From positions 27,261,179 to 27,303,051 of the forward strand of contig NC_068991.1 of NCBI RefSeq assembly GCF_001194135.2: a DNA stretch of 41,873 nucleotides, read 5' to 3'. The notes beneath the pieces are model-generated. The model saw only the letters and a program-made list of their open reading frames with translations. It made no database searches and was not told the origin of the DNA. The position numbers and the translations under genes were made by a program. Source of the DNA: Octopus bimaculoides. Its lineage: Eukaryota. Of the stretch, positions 23,850-35,712 are shown one piece after another (within the stretch, counting starts at the first letter, position 1; each line of letters opens with the position of its first letter).

Positions 23850-24480
23850 GAGACAACAAAGCCAAGGCTGTGTGGAATTTTCAGGACATTTATAAAGAGA
23901 AAGTTAGGGATATCCCTTCATCAGAGACGATGTGTGATGGTTGAATTGAGGGAAATATTAGAGTTCAATATGAGGAATTATTTTGGAACAAGGAAGCTAA
24001 TAAGGAGTATATAGGGAAATAGGAGAATAAATGTAGAAATAAAAATAAAAATGTCTAAAGATGTTAGAGTTGCAGTTCCATTATCGATGGAAAGTTATGA
24101 ATAGAAGTGATAGAAATGATTTCTGTTCGTAGTATGTAAATTCCAATGTGAGTTCATATTTTGTCATCACAGATGGAAAGTATGGAGATGCAGATTCCAT
24201 GTGCTGTTCATTCAAAGGGGTCTTGTGGTGTGAATGAAAATTTGAGAATGTAGTGATAGTATTAAGTGGATAGGGAGGGAAGATGAGATGTGTATGATAA
24301 AATCGAGAGAGGTGAAAGGAAAAGGTGAGAACGGAATGAAAGAAAGAGGAAGAGAAAATGAAAACAAGAAGAGAAAATGAAAAATGTAAGAAAGTGAAAA
24401 TAGGAGTGTTAGCTGGTGATCAAGATATTATGAGAGGAGTTGGGGAGGGATAGGAAAAGATAATAATGTAAGTAATGAAT
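23850..24480 (-). mobile_element. Possible PLE 3' end / pseudo-LTR fragment ending in a partial HHR
   Basis: Minus-strand GUCU-CUGAUGA-AGGGAUA (23928-23911) matches the start of the 29042 HHR. Pyrimidine-rich UTR-like sequence lies upstream. Protein similarity is marginal. Confidence 0.4.
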
Positions 24481-24671
24481 ATGTGTGAGGTGGGATGGTA
24501 TGTTAGAACGGCATTAAAGGATGGGTACAGAAAAAGATGTTGCAAAACGGGAGAGAAGAATACTAAGAATGGTTGTGTTTATGTGTTTATTCTACTGGCT
24601 AATTGTGATAGTTTGGGTAGAGGAATCAGGGACAAAGAAAGAAGTGTACATCAATATACGCACGCACAGAT

Positions 24672-24746
<75 letters not shown>

Positions 24747-24755
24747 CATACAACT
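24672..24755. repeat. (CA)n(TA)n microsatellite
   Basis: Read directly from the sequence. Confidence 0.97.
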
Positions 24756-24869
24756 CCATACGTACGCATATGCATGTCTCAATATGTAGTTTTAAACAAT
24801 TAAAATAATATTAGAGAGTTAAAAATTTTATGGAAAGTCAAATAGGGTTGTTGGGGATTACCTAAGTGG

Positions 24870-27440
24870 TGTTCGGTAAATATGCTGTTCGGTTATTTAG
24901 GTTGTATGTAGATTTGTGGTAAAATTTGAAGGTATGGAATAAACGTTGGTTGCATGTACCTATAGCCTCAATATATTTACTTAGTAGTATTGAAGAGTTG
25001 TATTTTGATATGCAGAATGCTTCTTTTAGACATAACTTACAGGCTAAGCGTTAACCTTGTTATGGAAGCCATAAATCTATTATGGATCATGACAAGATGT
25101 AGGGAATATTTCTATTTTTGAGATGATGTATGTGACTGGCGAGTGTTGTGGATTTACTGTGTTTCTCGTATCTAAAAGAATTGAGACGCGCAGCATATCG
25201 TTGTTTAAAACGTATAGCTGATCCTATATATATGGTTGTAGAATTCTGTAACGTATTGAGGGCTGTGCATTTATAAATTACTTTAGACCTTCTGCAATGG
25301 GTTTGTAGAGGGCAGATGGTTACAGGACGGCGGTTACATGGTAGTGCATTGTGGAGATTATTCTCAGGAATGGAGGGGTAACATCGTCAGAGGGGAGGTT
25401 AGAGATGGGGGAAGATTGGTCTTTGTTATTAACATTATTATTACTGTTGTTGTACTTGGGGATGGTCATATTGCCAGTTTAGCCAATAAAAACACACGCA
25501 CTGTATATCTGGTGTTAATTTGCTTCAGCTTTATATTACATTATATTACATTAATCCTATTATTATTACTATTATCATTAATATTTCTATCGTTATTGTT
25601 ATTCATCATATCTGTAATTGTGGTGGAAGTTGTGGTAGTAGTATTCTGGTTAACGTTAGCAGGATTGGTAGGGTTTACGTTGTGGTCTAAATTAAGGCTT
25701 CAATATTGGAGCTATGTATATGTTGGGTGCATACGTCTTCAGAGTTGTTACAATGTAAGTTTTGATAACAGAGAGAAAGTTTTCGCTTATTAGAAGCTGT
25801 TATGATAGACTCAAAGTTGGGCGTGGAAGAGTGGGATAGGTTTAAGATAGATATATTAAAGATAGAGTAATATTTATGTTGACAAGGGGGGGTTGGAGTC
25901 CAATATACTAAAAAACTATTAAGCTAAGTTCTAAACGTTTAGTGAGCAGCGGGGTGTATACCACAGAATAGAGCGTCCACCGCTTTTTTGGTTGCATGAC
26001 AATAGTGTTATCTATATATTTAGAAATTAGAGTGGAGTAATATGGCCCGTTATTGTTAGCTGTTTTAGCTTTTGACCTAATGTTATATGTGTGCGTGTGT
26101 GGTCTAAGTTATCATAATCTGGGTTCTCCCGGGGTTCTAACATAGTATATGTATGACCTGTTGTGATTCTGATGGTTGGCATGTCGTTGAGATATGATTT
26201 GAGATATATGTATTAGGGATGTATTCTATTAGTTGAGAGAAGCCGCTGGCAGCGAGCGCTTGGTTGTAATATGGAGCGTGGTTATCCTTAGTGGATGAGA
26301 GGTCAGACATACGAATTGAGCCTTAACTATTTGTGGTGATTGGAATAAATGTTTAAGTACTTAAGGTATTGGTTAGGATTGTGATATGGGAATTATTAGG
26401 AAGTTTCTAAGTTTAAAGTTACGTCTAGAAAATCAGTGGTTTTGTAGGAATTTTAAAAACTAATAGTTAGATTGAGGCTAGAGAAAAACTTGTGTAGATC
26501 TTTCCTAGTTCTTTCTAAAGAACTAGATCTTTCTTAGTTCGTTCTAACTTTCCTAGTTTGTTCTTGGTGACTAGCAAGGTGTCATTTCTACAGAGGTCTC
26601 CCTGGATGTTAGGGAAATATATGTGGAGCTGGTAGAGTATGTATAGTCCAACGAGATCGGTGACTTGGGCGGATGAGCCCATAGTAATGTCAAATAATTT
26701 GTTATAGTTATTGTTATAGTTATGATGGTTGGCCCGCCACCAAAGTTTGTCTCCAAAAGAAATAAGAGTTTTACGGGCATTAACGATTCTGTCAATTTCT
26801 AGTGGGATTAGCTTAGTTAGATTGCTAGCAAGAAGGTGCGCTTGATTAAGAAGTTTGGGAGAAATAGAAGAGTAGCAATTATTTATACAGAATTGCTAGA
26901 AAGAAGAAGAGTTTTTGTTGTTTAAGAGGTGGAACCATGTTCACCTGTACAGGACCATAAGTTGACGTTCCATTTATCCTTGACGATTGGTATTATTTTA
27001 TTTAGAATATTTTTGTTTATTCATCCCAAGTCGGATTTAGTAGGGCATATACGGCGTCTTATTATGATCCTTATTATGATCTTTATGGTTGAAGTGTGGA
27101 GATGTAGGGCTGCAGAGTTCTGTGCGGTCGTCCACATGTAATTTGTTCATAAGCCTGCAATGGTTGGTGTTGATGTTGTCAAGGGAGGATGTCGGTGCCA
27201 GTTTATAAGACTTGTAGGACTTGTAAATATATGTGCATACACACACATGTAAGCTTTGTAAAATTGTACAAGTAATATGTATTTATGTGTTTTATATAGA
27301 TATTTTCTGTAAAAAATATGCTTCGTGGAACAATTAGAATTGATCGCGTTATAACCTTGACAATATCCAACACACTGTGAAGCAATATTTAGTTGTATTC
27401 TTTTAGCACGATATGAGAGCATTCAATAGAAATATTCATG
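24870..27440 (-). mobile_element. Decayed, near full-ORF Penelope-like element (YRDDGL-type RT + C-terminal GIY-YIG); not shown by the ORF track
   Basis: Manual minus-strand translation across stops and frameshifts: KLHVDDRTE..HKDH; CPTKSDLG.INKNIL; SSISPKLL; NARKTL; LFDITMGSSAQVTDLVGLYIL; LCRNDTL (degenerate LYRDDGL); DFLDVTLNL; YSNH; APYYNQALAASGF; then CPLQTHC..VIYKC..IYIGS..FKQRY..STTLASHIHHLK..CKLCLKEAFCI. Confidence 0.85.
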
Positions 27441-27493
27441 CCACTGGGAACTTGAAAGAAGTTGCTTAATTGAATAAGACATCGCTAACTAAA

Positions 27494-27496
<3 letters not shown>

Positions 27497-27543
<47 letters not shown>
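27497..27543. repeat. (TG)n microsatellite
   Basis: Read directly from the sequence. Confidence 0.97.
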
Positions 27544-27546
<3 letters not shown>

Positions 27547-27944
27547 TGAATGTATGTATTGACGCCTACATGTTATAATATGAGAATCCTGTAAGAATTC
27601 CTCTTTTGGAAACGTGTCAAATTCAAATGAATGGCGATGACATGATATGTTTCAACATTAAGAAGTTTTGTAGAACATTTTATTATCATTTCCACTTAAA
27701 CGCTTAATCAATAGCATGCAGACCTAAGCATAGCATGTGTAAAATCAATCTTCTTACATTTATTCTTATTATGTATATAATGTTTTAAGTGTATGTAAGT
27801 ACGGACGAATATATTCCTAAACAACCGTACAATACTATATGATAGATAGATATAGACATTCATGGAGACATGCATGCATGCATACATACATACATACATA
27901 CATGCATGCATGCATACATACATACACATACATAAATACATACA

Positions 27945-28385
27945 TGTGCAAACAGATGCCATAGATCTTGACTTCCACAAGGCCCTCAACAAGGTTGATC
28001 ACAGCTTCTTTTTAAATAAAACTACCCAACATTGAAACCCAGGGTTAACTACTAAAGTGACTTGAAAATTGAACATTTCTTGGTGAACAGAAACTAGTAT
28101 GAGGTGATTGATGGTGCACGAGCAAAATCAGAAAAATTAATTACTGGCGTTCCATGAGGCACTATATTGGGCCCACTTCCTTTAATTATTTACATTAATG
28201 ATGTTCATAGATATAATCAAACACAACTGCATGTACCTTTCCGAGACGGCTCTAAATTTCTGAAAGTCATGAACTCAGTAGAGGATTGAACAATCGGATC
28301 TGATCGCTGTTATTCAAACAGCGAAGAAGCGTAATCAACAGTTCAACGGGAATTCATTTCATCTAATCCACTTCGGAAAAAGGTT
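27945..28385 (+). mobile_element. CR1/L2-type LINE reverse-transcriptase fragment
   Basis: Translates to DAIDLDFHKALNKVDH; FLVNRN; TGVP*GTILGPLPLIIYINDV; degenerate FADD (FRDG). These match non-LTR RT motifs (LDFSKAFDKVDH, GVPQGTVLGPLLF.IYIND). Confidence 0.85.
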
Positions 28386-29101
28386 TACACTTAAGTCTCC
28401 ATATATTCTTCTCTTGGCATCATGTTCTATGCTGAAACTGTACACCCCTCCCGGTAAAAAGTGGTAAGAGAGGCCATTATAAATAGACCAGTAGCTGGTC
28501 GACAACAAAGGGTCGAGAAGGTTAGGAGATCGAGAGTATGTGTAGACTGTGCTGATAGTCGTGTCTGTGCTGATATAGTAATCATACTGTGATACTAAGT
28601 CGACGTTATGATGCTCCAACCTTTTGAGGATAATAACACTGTAACACTGGGGGTCGTACAGTGCGAAGTAGAACCATTCTATCGACGACTGGTGATATAA
28701 CAATATCTGTCTGGGCGACAACCATCGTTGAAAGACTGATACAACAGTGGTAAAAGGCCGGTTTACAAAAGTGGCGACGAAGAAAGACAAATTTAAGCGG
28801 ACTATCCTTTGAGTAAACAACGCACACAGTGCTCCGGATACGATATGATATATATCCACCTTTGCTACTACAATTATCTCCGGAAAATACCCACAAGGAT
28901 TCTTTAAATGGATGTTTACTGCTGGAATGGAGCTACACACCAAGTACTGTTTCTTCTTTGTTCTTTTTTCTGCGCATCACTCTCACTTCTTACTACAAAT
29001 CTCCTCTTATAGATGTAATAATCCATTCTTCTACTATTACCGTCTCCGATGAAGGGATACATTGGATTTTCTCTGAAACAGCTGTAAGACTTTATCCATA
29101 A
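28386..29101 (+). mobile_element. Probable PLE 3' fragment / non-autonomous derivative terminating in an HHR
   Basis: Weak GIY-YIG C-terminal resemblance (HSIDDW, FKRTIL, RIRYDIYPPLLLQL) followed by a clear HHR. Runs into a gap. Confidence 0.5.
29042..29090 (+). ncRNA. Minimal type I hammerhead ribozyme motif with palindromic helix III
   Basis: Helix I GUCU/AGAC; core CCGAUGA (U4C variant) 29046-52; helix II AGGGA/UCUCU; GAAAC 29075-79; palindrome ACAGCUGU; GUA triplet 29084-86. Confidence 0.78.
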
Positions 29102-29447
29102 NNNNNNNNNNNNNNNNNNNNNNNNNNNNNNNNNNNNNNNNNNNNNNNNNNNNNNNNNNNNNNNNNNNNNNNNNNNNNNNNNNNNNNNNNNNNNNNNNNN
29201 NNNNNNNNNNNNNNNNNNNNNNNNNNNNNNNNNNNNNNNNNNNNNNNNNNNNNNNNNNNNNNNNNNNNNNNNNNNNNNNNNNNNNNNNNNNNNNNNNNNN
29301 NNNNNNNNNNNNNNNNNNNNNNNNNNNNNNNNNNNNNNNNNNNNNNNNNNNNNNNNNNNNNNNNNNNNNNNNNNNNNNNNNNNNNNNNNNNNNNNNNNNN
29401 NNNNNNNNNNNNNNNNNNNNNNNNNNNNATATATACATATATATACG

Positions 29448-30136
29448 TATCCGTACGCACAGAGATACACACATATACACGTACGCATACATACATCTAC
29501 ACGTACACGCATATTCATGCGTACACTTATATACGTATATATACACATACATGCATAAATACGTATACACTTTCACACTCACACGTATGCATATACACAC
29601 ATAGATAAAAAAAATTAATATAGATCCATATTGGTCAATTAATTGATTAATGAAATTTTGAATTATTGTGTTTTTCCTACAGCGTTTCAAGGAAAGTATA
29701 TTTGTCTTTCACGGTTTTGTAAATTTTTTGGTATCTATATGTACATATGAATATAGGCACAGACACAAATGCGTACATGAGTACGTACAGTTAATCAAAG
29801 ATAAACATATACGCACACATATGTCTATACATGCATAAACACACACAACAATGTTCATACATACGTCTGTACAAACATATACACATGCATATATGTTATA
29901 TAGTAAACACAATAGTTCAAAATTACATTAACCAATGGGAATTAATTGATCAATATGGATCTATATTAATTTCATTTTGGGCTGATGGGTATGAACAGTA
30001 CACATATATACATATATACGTGTTTATATGCATATATGTATGAGTGTGTATGTGAATGCGCATACGTATTTATGCATGTATGTGTATGTATACGTATGTA
30101 AGTGTATGCATGAATATGTGTGTACATGTGTATCTC

Positions 30137-30207
<71 letters not shown>

Positions 30208-30213
30208 GTACGG

Positions 30214-30216
<3 letters not shown>
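29448..30216. repeat. Imperfect foldback: arms about 29448-29673 and 29905-30216, spacer about 230 bp
   Basis: Unique core TTAATATAGATCCATATTG.TCAATTAATT...TTTTGAA.TATTGTGTTT is mirrored at 29905-29970, and the cryptic RY-microsatellite flanks also mirror each other. Confidence 0.85.
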
Positions 30217-30257
<41 letters not shown>

Positions 30258-30759
30258 GCTCACATATACATTTTTATGATTTTATTCCTATTTTATAAAA
30301 GAATATTTCATTATTTTATTAACTATAAACTTACCTTATTTGTATTTAACATTCCTCTATCATTTCAGTTTACTTTATTTATCTCTAATCAACCTGCAAA
30401 CTCCTCGCCCGAGCAAATAACAATACAAATCATAAACGGTAATATTCAATCTGCTAAAATGAATTCACAAACCTACATAGTATCCAAAGTTGCATCTTTT
30501 CCCTCTAATGATATTATGCTCATGTCGCATAAATGTAAATTTAATGTTTATTGAGTATTAATAGAAACGGCTATAAGTGAAGACGACCACTTTGCTGTTA
30601 TTAGTAAACAATATGAACTTCCCAATCTCCATTTTCTTCTAGTTTTAAATGAATATAAACTATGTGTCGGGAAGATGGCTTAATGGATATATGCAGAAAG
30701 GCCATAATTGAACATTGCTCAAATCAAAGACATTCCAATCATGATCAACCCATTTATTG

Positions 30760-31457
30760 GAGGCGTAGGAGTGGCTGTGTGGTAAGTAGCTTGCTTACCA
30801 ACCACATGGTTACAGGTTCAGTCCCACTGCGTGGCACTTTGGGCAAGTGTCTTCAACTATAGCCTCGGGCCGACCAAAGCCTTGTGAGTGAATTTGGTAG
30901 GCGGAAATTGAAAGAAGCCTGTCGTATATAAGTATGTATATATATATATATATATANNNNNNNNNNNNNNNNNNNNNNNNNNNNNNNNNNNNNNNNNNNN
31001 NNNNNNNNNNNNNNNNNNNNNNNNNNNNNNNNNNNNNNNNNNNNNNNNNNNNNNNNNNNNNNNNNNNNNNNNNNNNNNNNNNNNNNNNNNNNNNNNNNNN
31101 NNNNNNNNNNNNNNNNNNNNNNNNNNNNNNNNNNNNNNNNNNNNNNNNNNNNNNNNNNNNNNNNNNNNNNNNNNNNNNNNNNNNNNNNNNNNNNNNNNNN
31201 NNNNNNNNNNNNNNNNNNNNNNNNNNNNNNNNNNNNNNNNNNNNNNNNNNNNNNNNNNNNNNNNNNNNNNNNNNNNNNNNNNNNNNNNNNNNNNNNNNNN
31301 NNNNNNNNNNNCCCGTAACTTAACGGTTCGGCAAAAGTGTCCGATAGAATAAGTGCTAGGCTTCGAAAGAATAAGTCCTGGGGTCGATTTGCTCGACTAA
31401 AGGCGGTACTCCAGCATGGCCACAGTCAAAAGACTGAAACAAGTAAAAGAGTAAAAG
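30760..31457 (+). mobile_element. tRNA-derived SINE with internal microsatellite (spans gap)
   Basis: A-box-like TGGCTGTGTGG, B-box-like GGTTCAGTCCC and CORE-like CTTTGGGCAAGTGTC. The 3' part after the gap ends in GTAAAAGA repeats. Confidence 0.82.
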
Positions 31458-32018
31458 AGTGTGTGTATGTGTGTGTCTGCATGTGTATGTGCATGTGTAT
31501 ATGTGAATGTGTGTGTGTGTGTGTGTGTTTGTATATCATACATATATGTATATATAGTAAAAATTTGCACATGAATAAATATATATATATATATATAGAT
31601 ATATAGAGAGCGATAGTGCCTGTCAACATTGATGGGATTAAGTTTTGTCCCTCGACCGTTATTCTTAATATTTTTGCTTCAAGCATTTACTTCTTGTGAC
31701 TCATTTTGTTTTCTTTCATATGTCATGTTTATATCTTCACTAATTCAACTTCATTATTATTTACTTAATCACATCATTACTTCATCTGTTAACATCAATA
31801 ATTCCCTCACTCTTTTCTCTCTATTAAATTCTACTTCTTACTCTCCTGTCTAATCTTCTAAGATTCCTCTGCAGATATACACGTACGCACTTGTACACAT
31901 ATTTCCATTTTGTAAACAAATTTCTTTTTCCGTATCATTCTCCCATCATCTCTCTCTTTCTTTCTCTCTTTCTCCCACTCCTTTCCCCTATTTCTCTCTC
32001 CATACACACATATATAAA

Positions 32019-32054
<36 letters not shown>

Positions 32055-33867
32055 NNNNNNNNNNNNNNNNNNNNNNNNNNNNNNNNNNNNNNNNNNNNNN
32101 NNNNNNNNNNNNNNNNNNNNNNNNNNNNNNNNNNNNNNNNNNNNNNNNNNNNNNNNNNNNNNNNNNNNNNNNNNNNNNNNNNNNNNNNNNNNNNNNNNNN
32201 NNNNNNNNNNNNNNNNNNNNNNNNNNNNNNNNNNNNNNNNNNNNNNNNNNNNNNNNNNNNNNNNNNNNNNNNNNNNNNNNNNNNNNNNNNNNNNNNNNNN
32301 NNNNNNNNNNNNNNNNNNNNNNNNNNNNNNNNNNNNNNNNNNNNNNNNNNNNNNNNNNNNNNNNNNNNNNNNNNNNNNNNNNNNNNNNNNNNNNNNNNNN
32401 NNNNNNNNNNNNNNNNNNNNNNNNNNNNNNNNNNNNNNNNNNNNNNNNNNNNNNNNNNNNNNNNNNNNNNNNNNNNNNNNNNNNNNNNNNATATATATAT
32501 ATATATATATATACAAAAATATTGTTCTTTTTATTTTGAAAAATGTTTTTTTACATAATTGCTTGGAAGTGCTCAGGTCAAACCCGAAACGTTAGACATT
32601 ATATAAGATAGTATAAGAAAAGACAAAAATTTAGATAATCATTTTATATTTTGGTTTACATTAACATAAAAAATACATAAATACATATAACATAAAATTA
32701 CATCAAGACAAGAATGATATCTATATATTTAGAAAGAAATAAGAGTTATATGATGTAAAAAGGTACATGAAAAGAATAAATAAATAAAGGTTGATTTGTC
32801 GATTTAAAATCATATTAAATTAAAGGTTAAAAACGTTGAATTAAGGATTAAAAGTTGTAAGATACATCGGCAGTAGTCAGAAATCCTAATTATGGATTTG
32901 AAAGTTTAGAAGTGTTCCGAAGAAATGGACGGCTTTTTCTGGAGTCCATTAGTTAACAGGTATGAATCCATTAGTTTCACACTGACAATGTCCCCTTCAT
33001 CGAGAATAAGTAAATAGATAATTAATTAAGTTTGAAGACATGTAAGAGAATAGAAAAAACGGGAGATGTTTGGTTACATTACGTTTGTCGTTGGCTACTT
33101 CATCACATACTGGTAATTTCTGTTAGTAATGCTGTCCATACGCATTAAATTTATTCTGTATACAACAACCGACAGACATAAAAATATGCCTAATAACTTC
33201 AGACTGAAGTTTTTCGATGGCAGGAGAATATCATTTTACGGTGGAGCTCAAATCTCTTCTACGAACAAAACACTTTCAGAAAAGACAAATCTCACGTCGA
33301 ATAAACATGATCTCGTGTATATAAAAAAAAAATGACAAAGAGAAAAGACATGGCTATAAAATTTAGATCATAAATGAAATTTAAAGTATTCTGTAAATTT
33401 GTAAAGTAACGGCTTCATGGTCATGCAAAATAGGGTGATTATTCAAAGTAAGTGGCACAGTGACGCGCAGAATACATACATAAAAGGGTACTATAGAAAA
33501 AATATAATTCATAAATGCAAAAGCATTACACATAATGGTGTCAAACAGTATATAGAATACACTACCATATTTTTGCAAACCAGATTACTTCATCCCATAA
33601 ATATTCATATTCTAATCATAAATTTAAACAATCAAATACTTTTTCAGAATATACATAGAATCCTAAATTCAAAAGTATGGATTTTAGACACGATTGAAAA
33701 GTGAAACTCATGAATCCCGATTATGTGAACTAGAAGCTCTTGAAATTTAACATACAACGACTAACTTGTTAACTTTAAAAAATGAGCCATTGGTGACTTG
33801 GAACAATATAATGTTAAGAATATTTGAAAAATATAGTAGGTAAACAATAACTATTTAAAAAAATTTC

Positions 33868-34018
33868 TTTCAGTTTCTGTCTACCAAATCCACTTACAGG
33901 ATTTGATCAGCCCGAGACTAATGTGGACGACCCTTGCATAAGTGCCATAAAGCGAGACAGAACCCCGGAACCATGTAGTTGGGAAGTAAACTTCTCACCA
34001 CACCGCTACGCCTGTGGC
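33868..34018 (-). mobile_element. SINE 5' part (same family as 30760)
   Basis: Reverse complement aligns to 30760-30920 (GGATTTGGTAGACAGAAACTGAAAGAA). Confidence 0.8.
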
Positions 34019-34328
34019 TATATATATATATATATATATATNNNNNNNNNNNNNNNNNNNNNNNNNNNNNNNNNNNNNNNNNNNNNNNNNNNNNNNNNNN
34101 NNNNNNNNNNNNNNNNNNNNNNNNNNNNNNNNNNNNNNNNNNNNNNNNNNNNNNNNNNNNNNNNNNNNNNNNNNNNNNNNNNNNNNNNNNNNNNNNNNNN
34201 NNNNNNNNNNNNNNNNNNNNNNNNNNNNNNNNNNNNNNNNNNNNNNNNNNNNNNNNNNNNNNNNNNNNNNNNNNNNNNNNNNNNNNNNNNNNNNNNNNNN
34301 NNNNNNNNNNNNNNNNNNNNNNNNNNNN

Positions 34329-34525
34329 AAACAGGAAGTAAGAGTGAGAGAAAGTTGTTGTGAAAGAGTACAGCAGGGTTCGCCACCATCCCCTGCCGGA
34401 GATTTGTGGAGCTTTTAGATGTTTTCGCTCAATAAACACTCACAACACCTGGTCTGGGAATCGAAACCGCGATCCTATGTCCGCGAGTCTGCTGCCCTAA
34501 CCATTGGGCCATTGTGCCTCCACAC
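34329..34525 (-). mobile_element. tRNA-headed SINE (different family)
   Basis: Minus-strand head GGAGGCACAATGGCCCAATGGTTAGGG...GGTTTCGATTCCC with A and B boxes. Confidence 0.78.
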
Positions 34526-34589
34526 AGATATATATATATATATAATAACAAATAATAAATTTATTTATCAAAAAATGTTATGAGGGTAA

Positions 34590-35712
34590 AAATAAAACTT
34601 TTTTCTATAATGTTATTCAATAAAGCCACCTTCAATTTCGACAACTGCTTCTATATGAGATTTAAATAACGTACATGCTCGAATCAAGAAGTCCTGGTTC
34701 ATTTTGGACATTTATCTGACTATGGCAGATTTCAAAGAATCTTTGGTGTTATAGGCGTGTTCATTGACATCTCTGTCAAAAACGCTCTACATGTAATAGT
34801 CCAATGGGGAATTAGGTGGCGAAATGTTAGTGGTTATGTGATCATGAAAATTTTCAGCCATCCATTCCTTTGTTACTAGAGCCATGTGTGATAGTGCAGA
34901 GTCTTACTGAAATACATAAGGCCTTCCATTGCATACACTGTCTATCCAGGGCATTACAATTATCTCCAGGATCACAATGTAGGCAGAATAGTTAACTCTA
35001 AGGCCTTGTGGAAAGAAGTAAGGTGGCATTACATGTCCTTCATTGCTGACAACCCCTAAAACCATGACAGTTGCAGGAAATTTTATATGCATAACACTTA
35101 GAACTTCAGAAGAGTCTGCACATAACCATCTGCCATTTCTTCAGTTAACTTTTTGATCTTGGTCGAAGATTTTATCGTTTGAGGAAAAACAAATCAAATC
35201 CTCTGCTGGATTTTTCAATTTCTGATATGATGTAGTGTGATTTTCTTTTGCTTTTCCTGACAAATTGACCTTTCCTCATCATATGCCTAACGCCTTCGTG
35301 GACAACATTTCTGACTGTTCCTTCTGACACATGGGGATTTTTTGCAATTGACCTTATGGAGTTTTTGGGATTGTAATCAATGGTCTGTTGAACTTGCTGG
35401 ATAAATTCGGGTGCCCTGATGATTACAGAGCGTATAGAATGATTTTTACGATTTGATACTGGTGATATGTTTCTATCTTCAGTCTCTAACTTATTACAAA
35501 CTTTGTAGACGAAAGATCTGGTAACTTTAAAAATCGAGATATTTCTAAATCGCTATGCTCAACCTTTATAACCACAATAACAGCTTGCCTCTTTATTTCT
35601 TGAGTAAGCTGATGGTGTGCCATTATTATTTTCTGAAACAAAGATTATACAGAGTGAACAGAAAATGCAGCAATGACCCCAAAAGGAGTTCTCAAATACC
35701 TTACGCACCCTG
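34590..35712 (-). mobile_element. maT-type (DD37D) Tc1/mariner transposon, near full-length pseudogene
   Basis: 5' TIR CAGGGTGCGTAAGG next to TA. Translates to KFPATVMVLGVVSNEGHVMPPYFFPQGLRVN; GRPYVFQ*DSA; PPNSP-LDYY; IEAVVEIEGGFIE*. The D-D spacing is 33 residues, or 37 if the missing DLNP of PPNSPDLNPLD is restored. Confidence 0.88.

Noticed and set aside
25040-25100. In-frame TGA in the PLE endonuclease as possible selenocysteine (as in Naiad PLEs)
   Set aside because: The TGA falls at a conserved Trp position (TGG to TGA) among many other stops and frameshifts, so it is ordinary decay.
32560-32600. CCCGAAACGTTAGAC, resembling the 3' half of a PLE HHR
   Set aside because: No upstream CUGANGA core or GUCU strand. 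Downstream PLE-like translation is too weak to call.
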